In this document: positions 14,153-28,521 of the stretch, in pieces
How the letters are laid out: each line of letters opens with the position of its first letter
Position numbering within the stretch: position 1 is the first letter of the stretch
Assembly: GCF_009914755.1 (NCBI RefSeq)
Contig: NC_060936.1
Reading direction: 5' to 3' (one strand)
Source: the human T2T-CHM13v2.0 reference genome, Homo sapiens
DNA length: 64,000 bases
Program-made: the position numbers and the translations under genes
Notes under the pieces: model-generated
The model's input: the letters and a program-made list of their open reading frames with translations, nothing else
Told to the model about the DNA's origin: nothing
Databases searched by the model: none

Positions 14153-15135
14153 TACTATTATTTTAGAATGTACTCCTCCTCCATTTTTTTTCTTTTTCTT
14201 TTTTTTTTTTTTTTTTAGTTAACAGGAAAACAGCCTCAGGCAGGTCCTTCAGGAGGTATTCCAGAAGAAGGCATTCTTATCATAGGAGATGCCAGTTCCA
14301 GCAATAAAGTACTGTCAAATCTTTCTCTGAAATACTTTCACTGTACCTGAAGACATCTCAGTGAAAGAAGATATGGAGGTGGAAGACAGTAATACTGATG
14401 ATCCTGACCCTGTGTAGACCTAGGCTAATGTGTGCGCATGTATCTTACTTTTTAATATAAATGTTTAAAAATAAAAAAATAAAATAAATATTTAAAGTTA
14501 GTAAAACACTTACACAATGAGGACATTAAAGAAAGAAATTTTTTTTCATACATCTGTGTAATGTGTTTGTGTCTGAAGCTGTTATTACCAAAGAATAAAA
14601 AATTATTTAAATAAGAAGTTTATAAAGTAAAAAAAGTTACAGTGAGCTAACATTAATTTATTATTGAAGAAATAATTTAAAATAAATTTAGTGTAGTTTA
14701 AGTATACAGTGCTTATAATATCTACAGTTCTGGAAAGTAATGTCTTAGGCCCTCCCATTCACTCACCACTCACTCAGTCACTCACCTAAAGAAACATCTG
14801 GTGCTGCAAACTTCATTTATGGTAAATGCCCTATTCAGGCATATCACTTTTTATCTTTTATATTGTATTTTCACTGTACTTTTTCTATGTTCGGATATGT
14901 TTTGTTATACAAATAGTTATCATTATGTTCCAGTTGCCTGCAGTATTCAGTACAGCAACATGCGGTACAGGTTTGTAGTCCAGGAGCAATGGGCTATACC
15001 ATATAGTCTAGGTATGTGGTAGGCTATACCATCTAGGTTTGTGTTAAGTCTATACCATGATGTTCACACAATGATAAAATCACCTAATGATGCATTTCTC
15101 AGAACATATTCCTATCATTTACTGATGCATGAATG
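14152..15135 (+). mobile_element. Tigger3b-like DNA transposon, left end missing
   Basis: aaacagcctcaggcaggtccttcaggaggtattccagaagaaggcatt; terminal aaaatcacctaatgatgcatttctcagaac...gatgcatgaatg followed by TA. Confidence 0.88.
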
Positions 15136-15399
15136 TATATTTATTATTACAGCTTTTATTTTTCTAGCCTAAAACCTTTGTGAAAAAAAAAACAACTTTT
15201 GCCCATTTAGAAAATGAACTTTAGCTACCTAGTAAAAGTAGATTTTGGCACAGTTTATGAAATTATCTCTCTTAACTGCTGTATTTATGTTAACATTTGC
15301 ATACATTTTTGTAAACCTAATCAAACACCTCATGAAATAAAGTATGACTGAAAGATAACTCTTATTTCTAAAATTGATTCATTTATTGAATCAAGCAAT

Positions 15400-16200
15400 A
15401 AAATACTGTCAAATCGTCCATGGATATACTTTCCCCTTACTATTCCTGTTTCTCCCTTCCACACTGGTACCACTCTATTTCAGAAGGCCATTAATATCTG
15501 TTTGGATTAATACAATTATTTCCTGACCCTCTTAGCCTCTTATCTTACCTTTCTCAATTTTACTGATACTGATAAATCTTTAGGAAATATAAATATATTC
15601 ATGTCATTGTCTGCTTTAAATAACTTTTAATGGTTTCCTATTGCTCTTCAGCTACGATGCAAAAGACTTAATACTTTTTAAAATGGTTGCTTCAATTTAT
15701 TTCTCCTCATTCATCTCTTAGTACTCCTAACCTGTCTTCTGTATTCTGGCATCCATGAATGTCTTTCAGCTCTCAGAACATACCATTCACTAATTTTTCC
15801 TCACACTTTTATGTCTTCTATCCCCACCGTTTGAGCATCTTAATGCTACTCTCCTCATCCTATGTGATATATTAAAAACTTGTCATCCTTTATTTCTCAT
15901 CATAGATGTCACTTTCTCAAGGTCACTGTCCTTCAAACCTTTCAAGGTGGGCTAGTGGCAATGTACTTCTTTACATCCTGTACTTCCTCATCATGTGAAC
16001 TTTTACACACAACTCTAAATGCTATGAGGAAGATGAAACAAACAGGGTTACATGGGTCCTGGTTGAATATAAAGTCAAGGGGAGAGGTAAGTCTTTATAT
16101 TTCTCCACATTTCTGAATTCATCCAAGATATTTCTCTTCATTATATAAATTCCCAGCACTGGTGCTTATGTGTATTTTGTGGTAGGTGCTCAAATAACTA
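15400..16200 (+). mobile_element. L2 3' region (degraded)
   Basis: ttttaatggtttcctattgctcttcag; ends cccagcactggtgc...gtaggtgctcaaataa. Confidence 0.65.
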
Positions 16201-17224
16201 TCACAGTATGAGGAACAAGGTGTTGACCTTGTATTCATAGTTCGTAAGTCATTAAGAATTTGTCAGAACTTAATATGAGTTGGCGCCCTGTGGTAAGTTT
16301 ATCAGCAAATAAACTAAGCATAAGGCATACTCCTGGGCTCCCGAAAACCGCAATCAAGTGAGAATATGGCTGTTTTCTACTGTAGTATGATAATCTGTTT
16401 TTTATACTGAGAAGTTGGTAAGGTCTTGATTTAGTTATGTGTGATCCAGGTAACTACACAACTTTATTCAATTCTAAGTAACTTTCAGCTGAAAGAGAGA
16501 GAGTTAAATTTTTGAGGCAGTCACTATGGTGTATTTCCATTTTATCACCAAGACATTTACTTAAATAAATACAATAGAACTAATGAATCAAAGAACCATT
16601 GAATCAAAATGGAGAGTTGGCACTATTCATTTCTTAATTAAATTTTTCCAGATCATTGCATCTGGAGCAGCAAGTATAATTTATGATTAATTATGAAAAC
16701 AGTTACCTCAGATCCATGTCTCTTTTGAGCAATATATTGGAAGATCATTGAATATGAAACCCCAGGAAGCAAGGTCCATGAATGTTAACAATTTAAAACT
16801 GAGAATTACTATTGTTTTACACTAAATTGATGTGCCTCACTTGTCTATATTATCAGTTACTGAATTATTTCTCTTGTGTTCTTCCGTAAGAGTCATAGTG
16901 GCACATGTTATTAGGGAATAGATTATTTTCTTTTAATTACACTAACTCTTGTGGAATTTGTAGTATATAATAGAATTAAAGCAAAATTAAATCAAAGTGA
17001 TTTTGAGGTGATCAACTTTTCTGTAAACAAATTCATATTAACACAAAGTTTGCCCTAAATTTAATCGTAGTATTTATAATTTTAATAAACATATATGAAA
17101 CAGAATCAATGTATATGAATAGATATATACAGAAAATAATATAGCTATCTATATTGATAAAATATACATACAGATAATATAGATATATCTATCATCTATC
17201 TATATGTAGACATGGATTAAATGT

Positions 17225-18015
<791 letters not shown>

Positions 18016-18871
18016 AAATATTTTTATGGACTTTTTCTAGGATCCAGCCTATATCCTCTATGTGAGTAAAATCTAACCCCTGAATATATTATCTGCCAAA
18101 TTAATATAACATTAAATTGTCTTGCCCTGAGTTAAAAATGCAAATCAGTTGCTTACTTTTATATCTTTTATATACAACTATACATTTAAGCTAAACTTTT
18201 TTCTTCCATTTTATTTATCTAGTACCTATGTGTGCCTCAAAGTGACAATGAAATAGAGCATCAGAAATTTTAAACTAAAAATTCACTCATTTTTTTTCTC
18301 TATATAGTTTCTCTTTTCTCAGAGGTATTCTATAGTGAATATATATTTCTATATATGAACATTTTTCATCTAAAGTAATGCATTTAACAATATTTATGGA
18401 GTATAATTTAATTTTTAAATTGTAGAGCAGGAAAATGTCTATCAACAAAATTAATAAAATAATTTAAAACTATGGCATAGTCTAACATACAAATGTCAGT
18501 TTTAGTTTACAATAGCAACTCATTTTCTTTAGGTATGTATGAAGTAAACCAATTAAATTTACAGCTTTAAGTAATCTGTGCAAATTAAAGGGAAAGAAAA
18601 TTAATTCTAAACAATACACAATGAAATGAATTACTTGCCTGGGCATTAAAAAATCACTTTATTTTTTTCTCTGTATAATTACCTTTCCCAGCTGATCATA
18701 TGTGGGTTAACTTTAACACTGATTTTGTATACCTTAAGAACATATCTGCTAGGGAAACATCACAATGCATAAGTGAGCACTGAGTAAGAATTGTACTTTT
18801 GTATGTATATGCGTGGGGGAGGTTTGGAAGGTAGGACCTTCTTGATGAAAATAAGATAGCATGTTTTAAAA

Positions 18872-19015
18872 ATTCAACATATATTTATGAGCATTCTTTG
18901 TACTCAATTGTAGTCTTTCATCTCACCTCTAAATTTTAAGAGTGAACAAAACAGGAAAAAAATCTCTCATGGAGTTTATATTCTAGCGAGAGGAAATAAA
19001 CAAGAAATAAATAAC
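18872..19015 (-). mobile_element. L2 3' end; further L2 pieces at ~19960-20250, 20547-20679 and 21128-21220
   Basis: attcaacatatatttatgagca...ctctcatggagtttatattctag. Confidence 0.65.
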
Positions 19016-19049
19016 ATCTATTTGTTGCATTTACTAGACGTTTACTGCA

Positions 19050-19410
19050 ATGTGTTCTGCCATTGCCAGTATCTCAAGAGGTGATACAGCCCAAGGGTGC
19101 TGCTGTCTCCCAAGGGGCTCAATGGGTTAGTTCTAGGAGTGCCACGAGGAGCTGGAAGTTGGAACCAACTGCCTATTTTACAGTAAACTGCCTTAGCTAG
19201 ATTGATGCTGAAAGGATCAGCAAGGAGACCAGAAGATGCAAGTACTCTCTCCCTGCTGAATTTCAAACCTTCTTTTAGTGGTCCCTTTGGCAGAACATAG
19301 CAGGAAGCCAGTTGGCAAAGAAGAAATGTAGTTTTCTCAGCACCTGTATTACTGAGCAGATTATGGAAGGATGAAAATTCAATCAAAAAACAATAACTTC
19401 CTAACCTGCT
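19050..19410 (-). mobile_element. ERVL LTR41-like
   Basis: ccctttggcagaacatagcaggaagccagttggcaaagaagaaatgtagtttt resembles LTR41. Confidence 0.6.
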
Positions 19411-20255
19411 CATGTAAGTTATAATAGCAAAATACAAAATATACTGATATAGCTAAATCCAGCAGGACATGGATGCTGAATAGCCCGTTCTTTTTCTTTT
19501 GGCTTACTTTGGACAGGTGCACTGTTTTTGAAGTGCTTATTGTACATTTCTGCAGAATCTTCATGCATGTTTTTCTTGTGTCCATAATTCAGAAGCTTGG
19601 AATCTTCTTCATATCCTCTGCCATTAAGCCACCTTCATTTTTTATGACAAAATCCCTTTTTAACTATAGTTTCATTAGAATGTTAAAAGTATTTTAAAAC
19701 CGTTCTGTCATTTTTCTATTAGTAGTTTTAATATTTTGTTGATGCTTTAGTTAAAGAGTTGCATAAATTTTTAATATCTGCTCCTATAACACCATTTTAC
19801 TTATAAGAATTATTTTAGGCAAAAATACCATTTTACTATTCAGGATTATTTGGGGTTATGATTTTGTAGAATTCCAGGGTTTTTTAGCATGAGTGTTAAA
19901 TTTGTGTTAAAGCAGAAACATGTATTCATATGGCAATCAATATTATGGACTAAAATCAAGGCAGCTAGGGCGTACATGGAATACTGGTGAAAGGGATATT
20001 GCTTTATGTTTGATGGCCAGGAAAAACTTTAGATTATCATTTGAGAACAAGCTTAATGGAAGTGAGGATGTAAGTACGTGGATATATACGGCAAGCACTT
20101 TTCAGGTAGGGGGAAACTACAAAGCATCCAAGAAAAGAGAGTTATTTGTCCATGGACAAACAGCAAGGCTGCCTCAGAGGGAGAAAATTGGAGAGTAAGA
20201 GGTTATGAGGTCAGTGAGACTACAGGGGACCATATGATCAAGCAAATATTTTCAA

Positions 20256-20546
20256 TTTTTTTTAAATTTTTATTTATTTATTTATTTTTGAGACAGTCTT
20301 GCTCTATCCCCCAGGCTGGAGTGCAGTGGATCTCAGCTCACTGCAACCTCCACCTCCTGGATTCAAGCAATTCTCCTGCCTCAGCCTCCCAAGTACCTGG
20401 GACTACAGGCATGCGCCACCACGCCCAGCTAATTTTTGTATTTTTAGCAGAGACAGGGTTTTGCCATGGTGGTCAGGCTGCTCTCGAACTACTGACCTCA
20501 GGTGATCCTCCTGCCTCAGCCTCCCAAAGTGCTGAGATTACAGGCA
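20256..20546 (-). mobile_element. AluSx, ~20 bp of 5' end missing
   Basis: Reverse Alu with (TTTA)n tail; gacctcaggtgatcc; stops at gattacaggc. Confidence 0.93.
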
Positions 20547-20679
20547 AGGTTTTGGATTTTACTTACAGTTTATGGGAAGTCAATTTGGAGTTTGAGCAGA
20601 GGAGTAAGTTAACATTGTTTATATTTATAAGAATCACTATGGCTGCTTCGATGAGAACAGGCTAAAGCAGCAAGGTTGG

Positions 20680-21127
20680 TGTGATGCTTAATGTTGAGTG
20701 TCAACTTGATTGGATTGAAGGATGCAAAGTATTGTTCCTGGGTGTGTCTGTGAGGGTGTTGGCAAAGGAGATTAACATTTGAGTCAGTGGAATGGGAAAG
20801 GCAGACCCACCCTCAATCTGGCTGGGCACAGCCTAATCAGCTGCCAGCACAGTCAGAATAAAAGCAGGCAGAAGAATGTGAAAAGACTACACTGGTTTAA
20901 TGTTCTGGCCTACGTCTTTCTCTCATGTTGGATGTTTCCTGCCCTCGAACATCGGACTCCAAGTTCTTCAGCTTTGGGACTCTGACTGGCTTCCTTGCTC
21001 CTCAGTTTGCAGACAGCCTATTGTGGGACCTCATGGGGTGAGGTTTATTATTCCTTAATAAACTCATGTATATATATATATATATCTCCTATTAATTCTG
21101 TCCCTCTAGAGAGCCCTGACTAATACA
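20680..21127 (+). mobile_element. MLT2A1/2 (HERV-L) solo LTR, full length
   Basis: TG...CA termini; gagtgtcaacttgattggattgaaggatgcaaagtattg...ccctgactaataca; 5-bp TSD gttgg/gttag. Confidence 0.93.
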
Positions 21128-22596
21128 GTTAGAAACAGGATGTTCTAGCACTATTTTAGGACAGGAATGAGAGGGCCTTATATTAGGAAGAAGCAGAGGA
21201 TTTGGTAAAATATGACCGGATGATATACGTAAAGTCATCTCCTGCTTAATGGCTGGAATCTATTCCTGAAAATCAATTACTTTGTAGAACATTGCTAAGT
21301 TCCTATATAATTTTAAAAATTATAATTGTCACACACCCAATCAAAAACATCAAGAAATTTGATAAACAAAACTCCAGTCTAGTAAAATGTCTATCATATC
21401 TAAATCATATCATCATGCCATACAATATCAAAATAACAAAAATATCATAGTAACCATTATAAGAAGCTTAGCATATTGTTCCACATCAATAATAAATATG
21501 TTTTTCAACAAATTGAGTCATAAAAATGAGAAAGAATGAAGTAAGAAAATATAATTAAAAGCAATTAGAAATCACAGTGATGTTATACAGAGAATATAAA
21601 ATAAGAAGAAACTTGGAAAATCTCATGGGGCAATTATCAAGAAATACTTGAAAAATAAGCATAAGATAGAAAGGATGGAAATCTGATCTGATACACAAAC
21701 ACAGACAGACACATACACACAACATTTTAAAAGTTATAGTAATTAAAATAATGTAGCTTTGAAGCCTAAGTTGACCAATAAAAGAGTAGAATGGAATAAT
21801 AACAATCATGGTAATTATAGATAAAAGCTCGCCTTTTACTGTCAAAATTATTAAAAATAGTAACAAATTAAACATAATTCAAGTGTTAAAATAAGGGAAT
21901 GTTAGCGCTTAGCAAAGTATCTTCAGCCAATTGATAGACTATTCTACAGGTTTTATGAGGGCTTTGAAAGCATTTTTAATGACAAAGAAATATTAAGATA
22001 TAAGAGAAAATAATAGTGTTAGCTATCACATTTCCATATTTATGATAATTATTGTGCTAATGATTTTATACACACACACACATAATATATTTTACTGTCA
22101 CAATTTTACAAGCAAGAAATGGATAGTATAGTTAGTGACTTCAGGCTTCCCAACTCTTAAAATGCAACCATGTTTCAACCCCAGGCAGTGGGACCTCCTA
22201 AGCCCCATTTGTTCTACTCAACTTCTTTCCCTACCACTCCACTGCCAATAAAAGCAGACTACAAAGTTGTTTTTCTCCTCTGTCATCTTAATCCCATCAC
22301 GTAATATTTCTACCAAAGAGACTACCTGGGAAAACACATTAAAATACCAATAATATAGGCTATGTGTGGTTATCACAAGTACTTATTTTATCTTGTGCTT
22401 AATTTTTCCTTTTCAATTCTCTAAAAAGAGGAAAATAATAAAGATGAAATTAAAAAATGCAAAAACTGTCCACCAGCAAAAGACTAATAGTTAAGAAAAT
22501 ATTTGCTATACGATAAGTTTTGAAGTACAGATGCATTAATTAATCTACAATGTAAATATTTACAGATGTACTTATGTTAACATTAAAAATATTTCC

Positions 22597-23148
<552 letters not shown>

Positions 23149-25239
23149 TTAAATGCAAAAGAAAATAAATGAATCAGAATGAAAACATTTCACATTTCCT
23201 AAAATTCTAGAGAATTGCAGCACATTTTAAATAACAGGAAGGTATAGAAATGAAAGCTCTATAAAAACAAATTACCAGTTATATAATTAATTTGAACATT
23301 TTTTATCACTGAAATATTTAAACTTTTTCTCAAATGTTTCATTCCAAGGAAGATTTTAACTTAAAATGTGCATATGATGTCCAGTAGAGAATAATAACTT
23401 TACAGATTGTTTTATCTGGATCAAAAATCCTAGGTTTTTTTCATGAGACATTTGCATCCCTGGAGCCATTTAACAGAGGCCACATACAAGGACAATTGTA
23501 ATTTTCTTTTAGAGAGACAAAAATGATTTTATTACATAAACAATAGATGTAAGTTACATACATTTAGGTGTGATCAGGAAGCACCAGGCACCCATTAATG
23601 ATAGAAACATGCCTACATGTATTTTTAAAATTATTTACATGACCAGGAGAACTCTGCATATGGCAACAAATAATGAAAATCAGAGAGTAATGAGTTCCTA
23701 TTAGATGTAAATCTCAAAAATCCCAACTGACGAAGATGGAAAAGTAAAGGAGAAAAAAAAATGGGGAAATAAGCATATGATACTCTCCAGAATTTACTCA
23801 CATGCCCCAAAGGATTTACCCATACTGACAAAGAATAAATAAATTACAAATAAGAGAAGAAAAATTATGTTTTTTAAACAATAGTAAAATCCACTAACTC
23901 AAAAATTATGAATATGGACACATAATATGAGCAACTCATATGTGGCAATAAAGCACTACAATTTTTCCCAAATAATATAAGTTTAATTATAAAGAAGACA
24001 TACATATATTTCTTGCCACAATCATTAATTTTACATATGAAAGAAGGAAAAAGATTTCTTAAATTCTATAGCACCCTGTAATTGCTCTTTGGCTGTAAGC
24101 TTAAATGCAATTTTTCATTTAGTTCTGATTCTTAATATCATTTTTTAACATAATAAGCTGCTGAGTGATAGTTTTGAAATGCTTAACTTGATTTTGTGTG
24201 TTCATTTATACTGCTAATAGTTTTTTCCTGCTGTGACTTCTCAAATCCAAGTGTCCTTTTATCATGCCAAGAAACATTTTATGTTATCTTTTCATTGCTG
24301 GAAATTCATTCTTTGTGGAGAGTTTCCATGTCTTATGCCTTAATCCCTTTGGTTTCTCTTTTTTCTTTCTCTTACACACATATATACCACACTACATAGG
24401 GTTTTTCCAACAGATCAAAGCAGATTCTATTTTTGCTTCCTATGATGATTTCACATGCTACTTTTATTATTTCTTGCCTTAGAATTATTTTTGATACTTC
24501 AATTCCTCACATATTGGTGATAACTGAAAATATTCTTGCTCTTTATCAGTTTCATTTTATATGGTCTGAAATCCCCAAGTTGGTCTTTTAATTAATGGAA
24601 TATCGTGAATCCATAATATAGTGTTGTACTAAACATATTCCATATATCAGTTACTTCTTCTGTCCTCCTTTCTGTGTTTATTGTTCATTCATTTAGTATA
24701 TACTATGTAGCCAGTTCTCTGCTAAGCAAGGAGTTTAAATATTAACAAACATATACAAAGCTTATAGGCAGAAAACATCACATTATGTGTGTGTGGGGCG
24801 GGGGGGGGGGGCGGTGACAGTGGAGGGAATGCGATTTTAGGCAGAACGCCCAGCATAAGCTGGAACTGTGTCTAGGAAACATATGTAGTTTGGTGTGGCT
24901 GGAGTGTAGGGTGCAACTTGTTTCAACGAATACTGAATAGCACCTTATGCTCTCTTTCAGGCAAAGTTAAATATAAAAATATACTTCTTACACATATAAT
25001 TTACCACAACACAGACCAGTCTAGCAGATCCAAAAAGCAGCCTGGATCTATGATAAATGCATTTACAAATTATGTGCCTAATGAGGTGTTCATCTTGATC
25101 AGTTAACGTTTATTTTCCCCCTAACATTCAAATATTTCCTCAGCTGCTTTATCAGTGATAAAGCAAAGGTTCAACTTGTCAATTGCATGAAAGCATTGCA
25201 TAGAATGAAATATATTTGACATTGTATACATACTGTGTT

Positions 25240-27046
25240 TATTAATTGGAAGACTTAATATTGCTTATATGTCCATATTACTCAAGCGACCTACAGATTC
25301 AATGCTATTCCTATCAAAATCCAAATGGCACTTTTTACAGAAATAGAAAAAAAAACTAAAATTTACAAGGAATTCCAAAGGATTCAGAATAGGCAAAGTA
25401 ATCTTGAAAAAGAACAAACAGTGAGGCATCACACTGCCTGATTCCAAATTATATTACAAAACAACAGTAAAACAGTATGGTACTGGCATAAATACGTACA
25501 TATAGAATAAAGGAACAGATCAGAGTCCAGAAAAAAACTCACACATACACAGTCAACCGATCTTCAAGAAGGGGGCTAGGAATACATAAAAGGAATATAA
25601 TAGTTTCTTCAACAAATGATGGTAAGAAAACTGGATTTCCACATGCCAAAAAAAATGAAATTGGACCTCTACCTTATACCATACACAAAAATTAAACCAT
25701 AATGAATTAAAGGCCAAGACTCCTAGAAGAAAACATAGGGGAAAACTTTCTTGACATTGATCTTAGCAACGATTTTTTGAAGCAAAGCAAAAACAGACAA
25801 GTGGCATTACGTAAAACAAAAATGCTTTTGCATAGCAAAAAAAGGAAAAAAAAATCAGCAGAATCAAAAGGCAACCCATGAAATGGGAGAAAATATTTGC
25901 AAACGATACATCTGATAAGTGGTTAATATCCAAAACTTACAGGGAACTCCTATAAATCAATAGCAAAACAAACAAACAAACAAACAAACAAAAAAAACCT
26001 GATTACGATTGGGCAAAACTTTGAGAAAACATGTTTCAAGAAAACACACAAATGACTAACAGGTATGAGAAAAGGTGCTCAGCATCACTTATCATCAGGG
26101 AAATGCAAATCAAAACCATGCTGAGATATTTCTATCACTCCTATTAAGATGGCTGCTATAGTAGAAAACAATAGCAACAAAGATAAGTGTTGGTGGGGAT
26201 GTGAAGAAACTGGAATCGTATACACTGTTGGTGGAAATGTTAAATAGTGCAGCAGCTATGAAAAACAGAATGGAGGTTCCTCAAAAAGTTAAAAATAGAA
26301 TTCCCATTTGATCCAGCAATTCCATTTCTGAATATATATCCCAAATAATGGACAGCTGTATCTTGAAGGAGTATCTCCACTATTATGTTCATTGCAATAT
26401 TATTCACAATACCCAAGATATGGAAACAGCCCAAGTGTCCACTGATAATTGAATGAGTAAAGAAAATGTGGTATATACATTCAGTGGAATATTATTCAGC
26501 CTTCAAAAGGAAGGAAATCTTGCCATTTATGACAACATGGATAAACTTGGAGGACATTATGCTAAGTAAAACAAGCCTGTCACAGAAGGACAAATATTCT
26601 ATGATTCCACCTATATGAGTTACCTATAATAGTCCAACTTACAGAAGCAGCTAATAAAAATAGTAGCTGCCAAAGGCTGTGGGGATGAAAGAAATAGAAA
26701 GGATTTTTTCAATGGGTATAAAGTTTCAGTTATGCTAGAAGAATAAGTTCTAGAGATCTGCTGTATAACATACTGCCTATAGTAAATAATACAATACTAT
26801 ACACTTCAAAATTTGTTAAAATGATAGATTTCATGTTATGGGTTCTTGCCACAAAAGCAACAAAACAAAACACACACACACACACAAAACAACGGGACAC
26901 AAAAAACTCTGAGATGTGTTGGATATGTATTGCCTTCATTATAGTGATGGTATGCCGGGTGTTTGCATATATCTAAACTTATCAAATTGTTTATATTAAA
27001 TATTCTTTATTTATCAATTATAACTCAATAAAGCTGTTTAAAAAAC
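25240..27046 (+). mobile_element. L1MA10/L1MB1-2-like fragment: ORF2 3' part plus 3'UTR
   Basis: ctacagattcaatgc, aaatgggagaaaatatttgcaaac, cagggaaatgcaaatcaaaacc, aataagttctagagatctgctgta, ending ctcaataaagctg; many stops and indels. Confidence 0.92.
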
Positions 27047-27682
27047 TGCCAATTAAAATCAATCATTAGCAACCGCAATAACATTGCTGACAGTTGATCT
27101 CCTTGGTAAAAGCATTTCAGAAAAATACAGTTTCCAGTGAAATCTGGGTAGCTTGTTTTATGTACAAAGCAGAGGGGAGTCAGAGCTTGGTGATATGAGT
27201 AAGACATTGATTACAAATGATGTTGGCCTTTACCCAGGCTAAATGCCAAGTTCTCTTGGGGGATCTCAATGTCAACTATATTTTGTTTTTACCTAGAATT
27301 TTAGGCTGATCTGAATATGGGCTGTTCTTTCCACATCATCTCCTGTCTTGAAGCATAGGTCTTCACTGAAAGAAGACTACAAATAGCATATTATCTTACA
27401 TAATGGACAGGGGATAGTGATTTGAAAATTCAGAAAGATAAAAGGAAATGAAGTGTGAGAACTCCCACACACACATATTTAAATTTTATATTTTTACTAT
27501 TTTTGAATAACGAAAAGACATAAGCAGAATCATGGACAGAAAAAGAGGGATATATTTTAACTAAATATTTTTCAGATTTTTTGAATGATTCAGCATTAGA
27601 AAAAAGTCCTGTGATTTTGTTGAAGGCAGTGGGTTATGTCTTAGCAATCTTTCCACATCTATAACTTGGAGCAGAGCCAGAA

Positions 27683-28521
27683 TATGAGAGGAATTCACAA
27701 TTTTTTAAAATTAATTGAACAAATTCAAACTATTTTTTCCCCTTGAATCTACCTGCAATCTAAGTTTCCAAAGTAGCACTGAACATTCTAGAACCTAAGC
27801 ATCATTCCGCACTTCTTCGTAAAGGCCATCAAGGTCCTAATGTTTGCATGTTGTGGTTTGAAGATCTATTCAGAGCAGGGCTGGTGGCCTGACCTGAGTA
27901 AAGCCAAATAGGTCCTGAGCTTTCTCCTTCAGTGTCACGTGGCTTAACATAGCAATTGCAAGTTTGCTGTTGGAGTGGCTGATGGGTTGAGAGCTTCACA
28001 TATAAGTCCCTATTTATGTGTTTGGTATGAAATTAGCTATAACAGTAATTAAATATTGATGTAAATATTGAGGTTCCAGTCACCAAGCCAGAAGACAATG
28101 AGAGTGTTTACCTAGAACTAGTAGAAGCCATTTCATCCATAGCATAACTGCAGTAGTAAGATCTGTATGGCACATTTTTGTATGTGAGCCTAAAAGCAAA
28201 CAATTGGTTTGAAATAACTTTGTAAATTATATCAAATAAAAATGGTACACTTTTTATATCTCACATTTTGGGGAGACCTAATTTCCTCCTCTTTTAAAAA
28301 ATGTAAAGGATCTACTCTGATTTTTAATGTGGTGACATCCTTAGTTATAGCAGCAACACAACGCTCATTGTGCATATTGATAGCTTAAACTGTGGTGTGG
28401 TTTGGCTTATATTTTGGAAGTCTGCAAAACTTATATGACTTTTGTATTCCTGCTCACTGGGATGATGCACGTATGAGAGGAATTCATAATTTTTTTAAAT
28501 TAATTGAACAAATTTAAACTA
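27683..28521. repeat. 50-bp dispersed direct repeat (27683-27732 and 28472-28521)
   Basis: tatgagaggaattcaYaatttttt(a/t)aaattaattgaacaaattYaaacta; 3 mismatches in 50. Confidence 0.95.

Noticed and set aside
20078-20665. Longest ORF (195 aa)
   Set aside because: Starts at GTG and runs through L2 and an antisense Alu (typical Alu-derived peptide); no domain or splice support.
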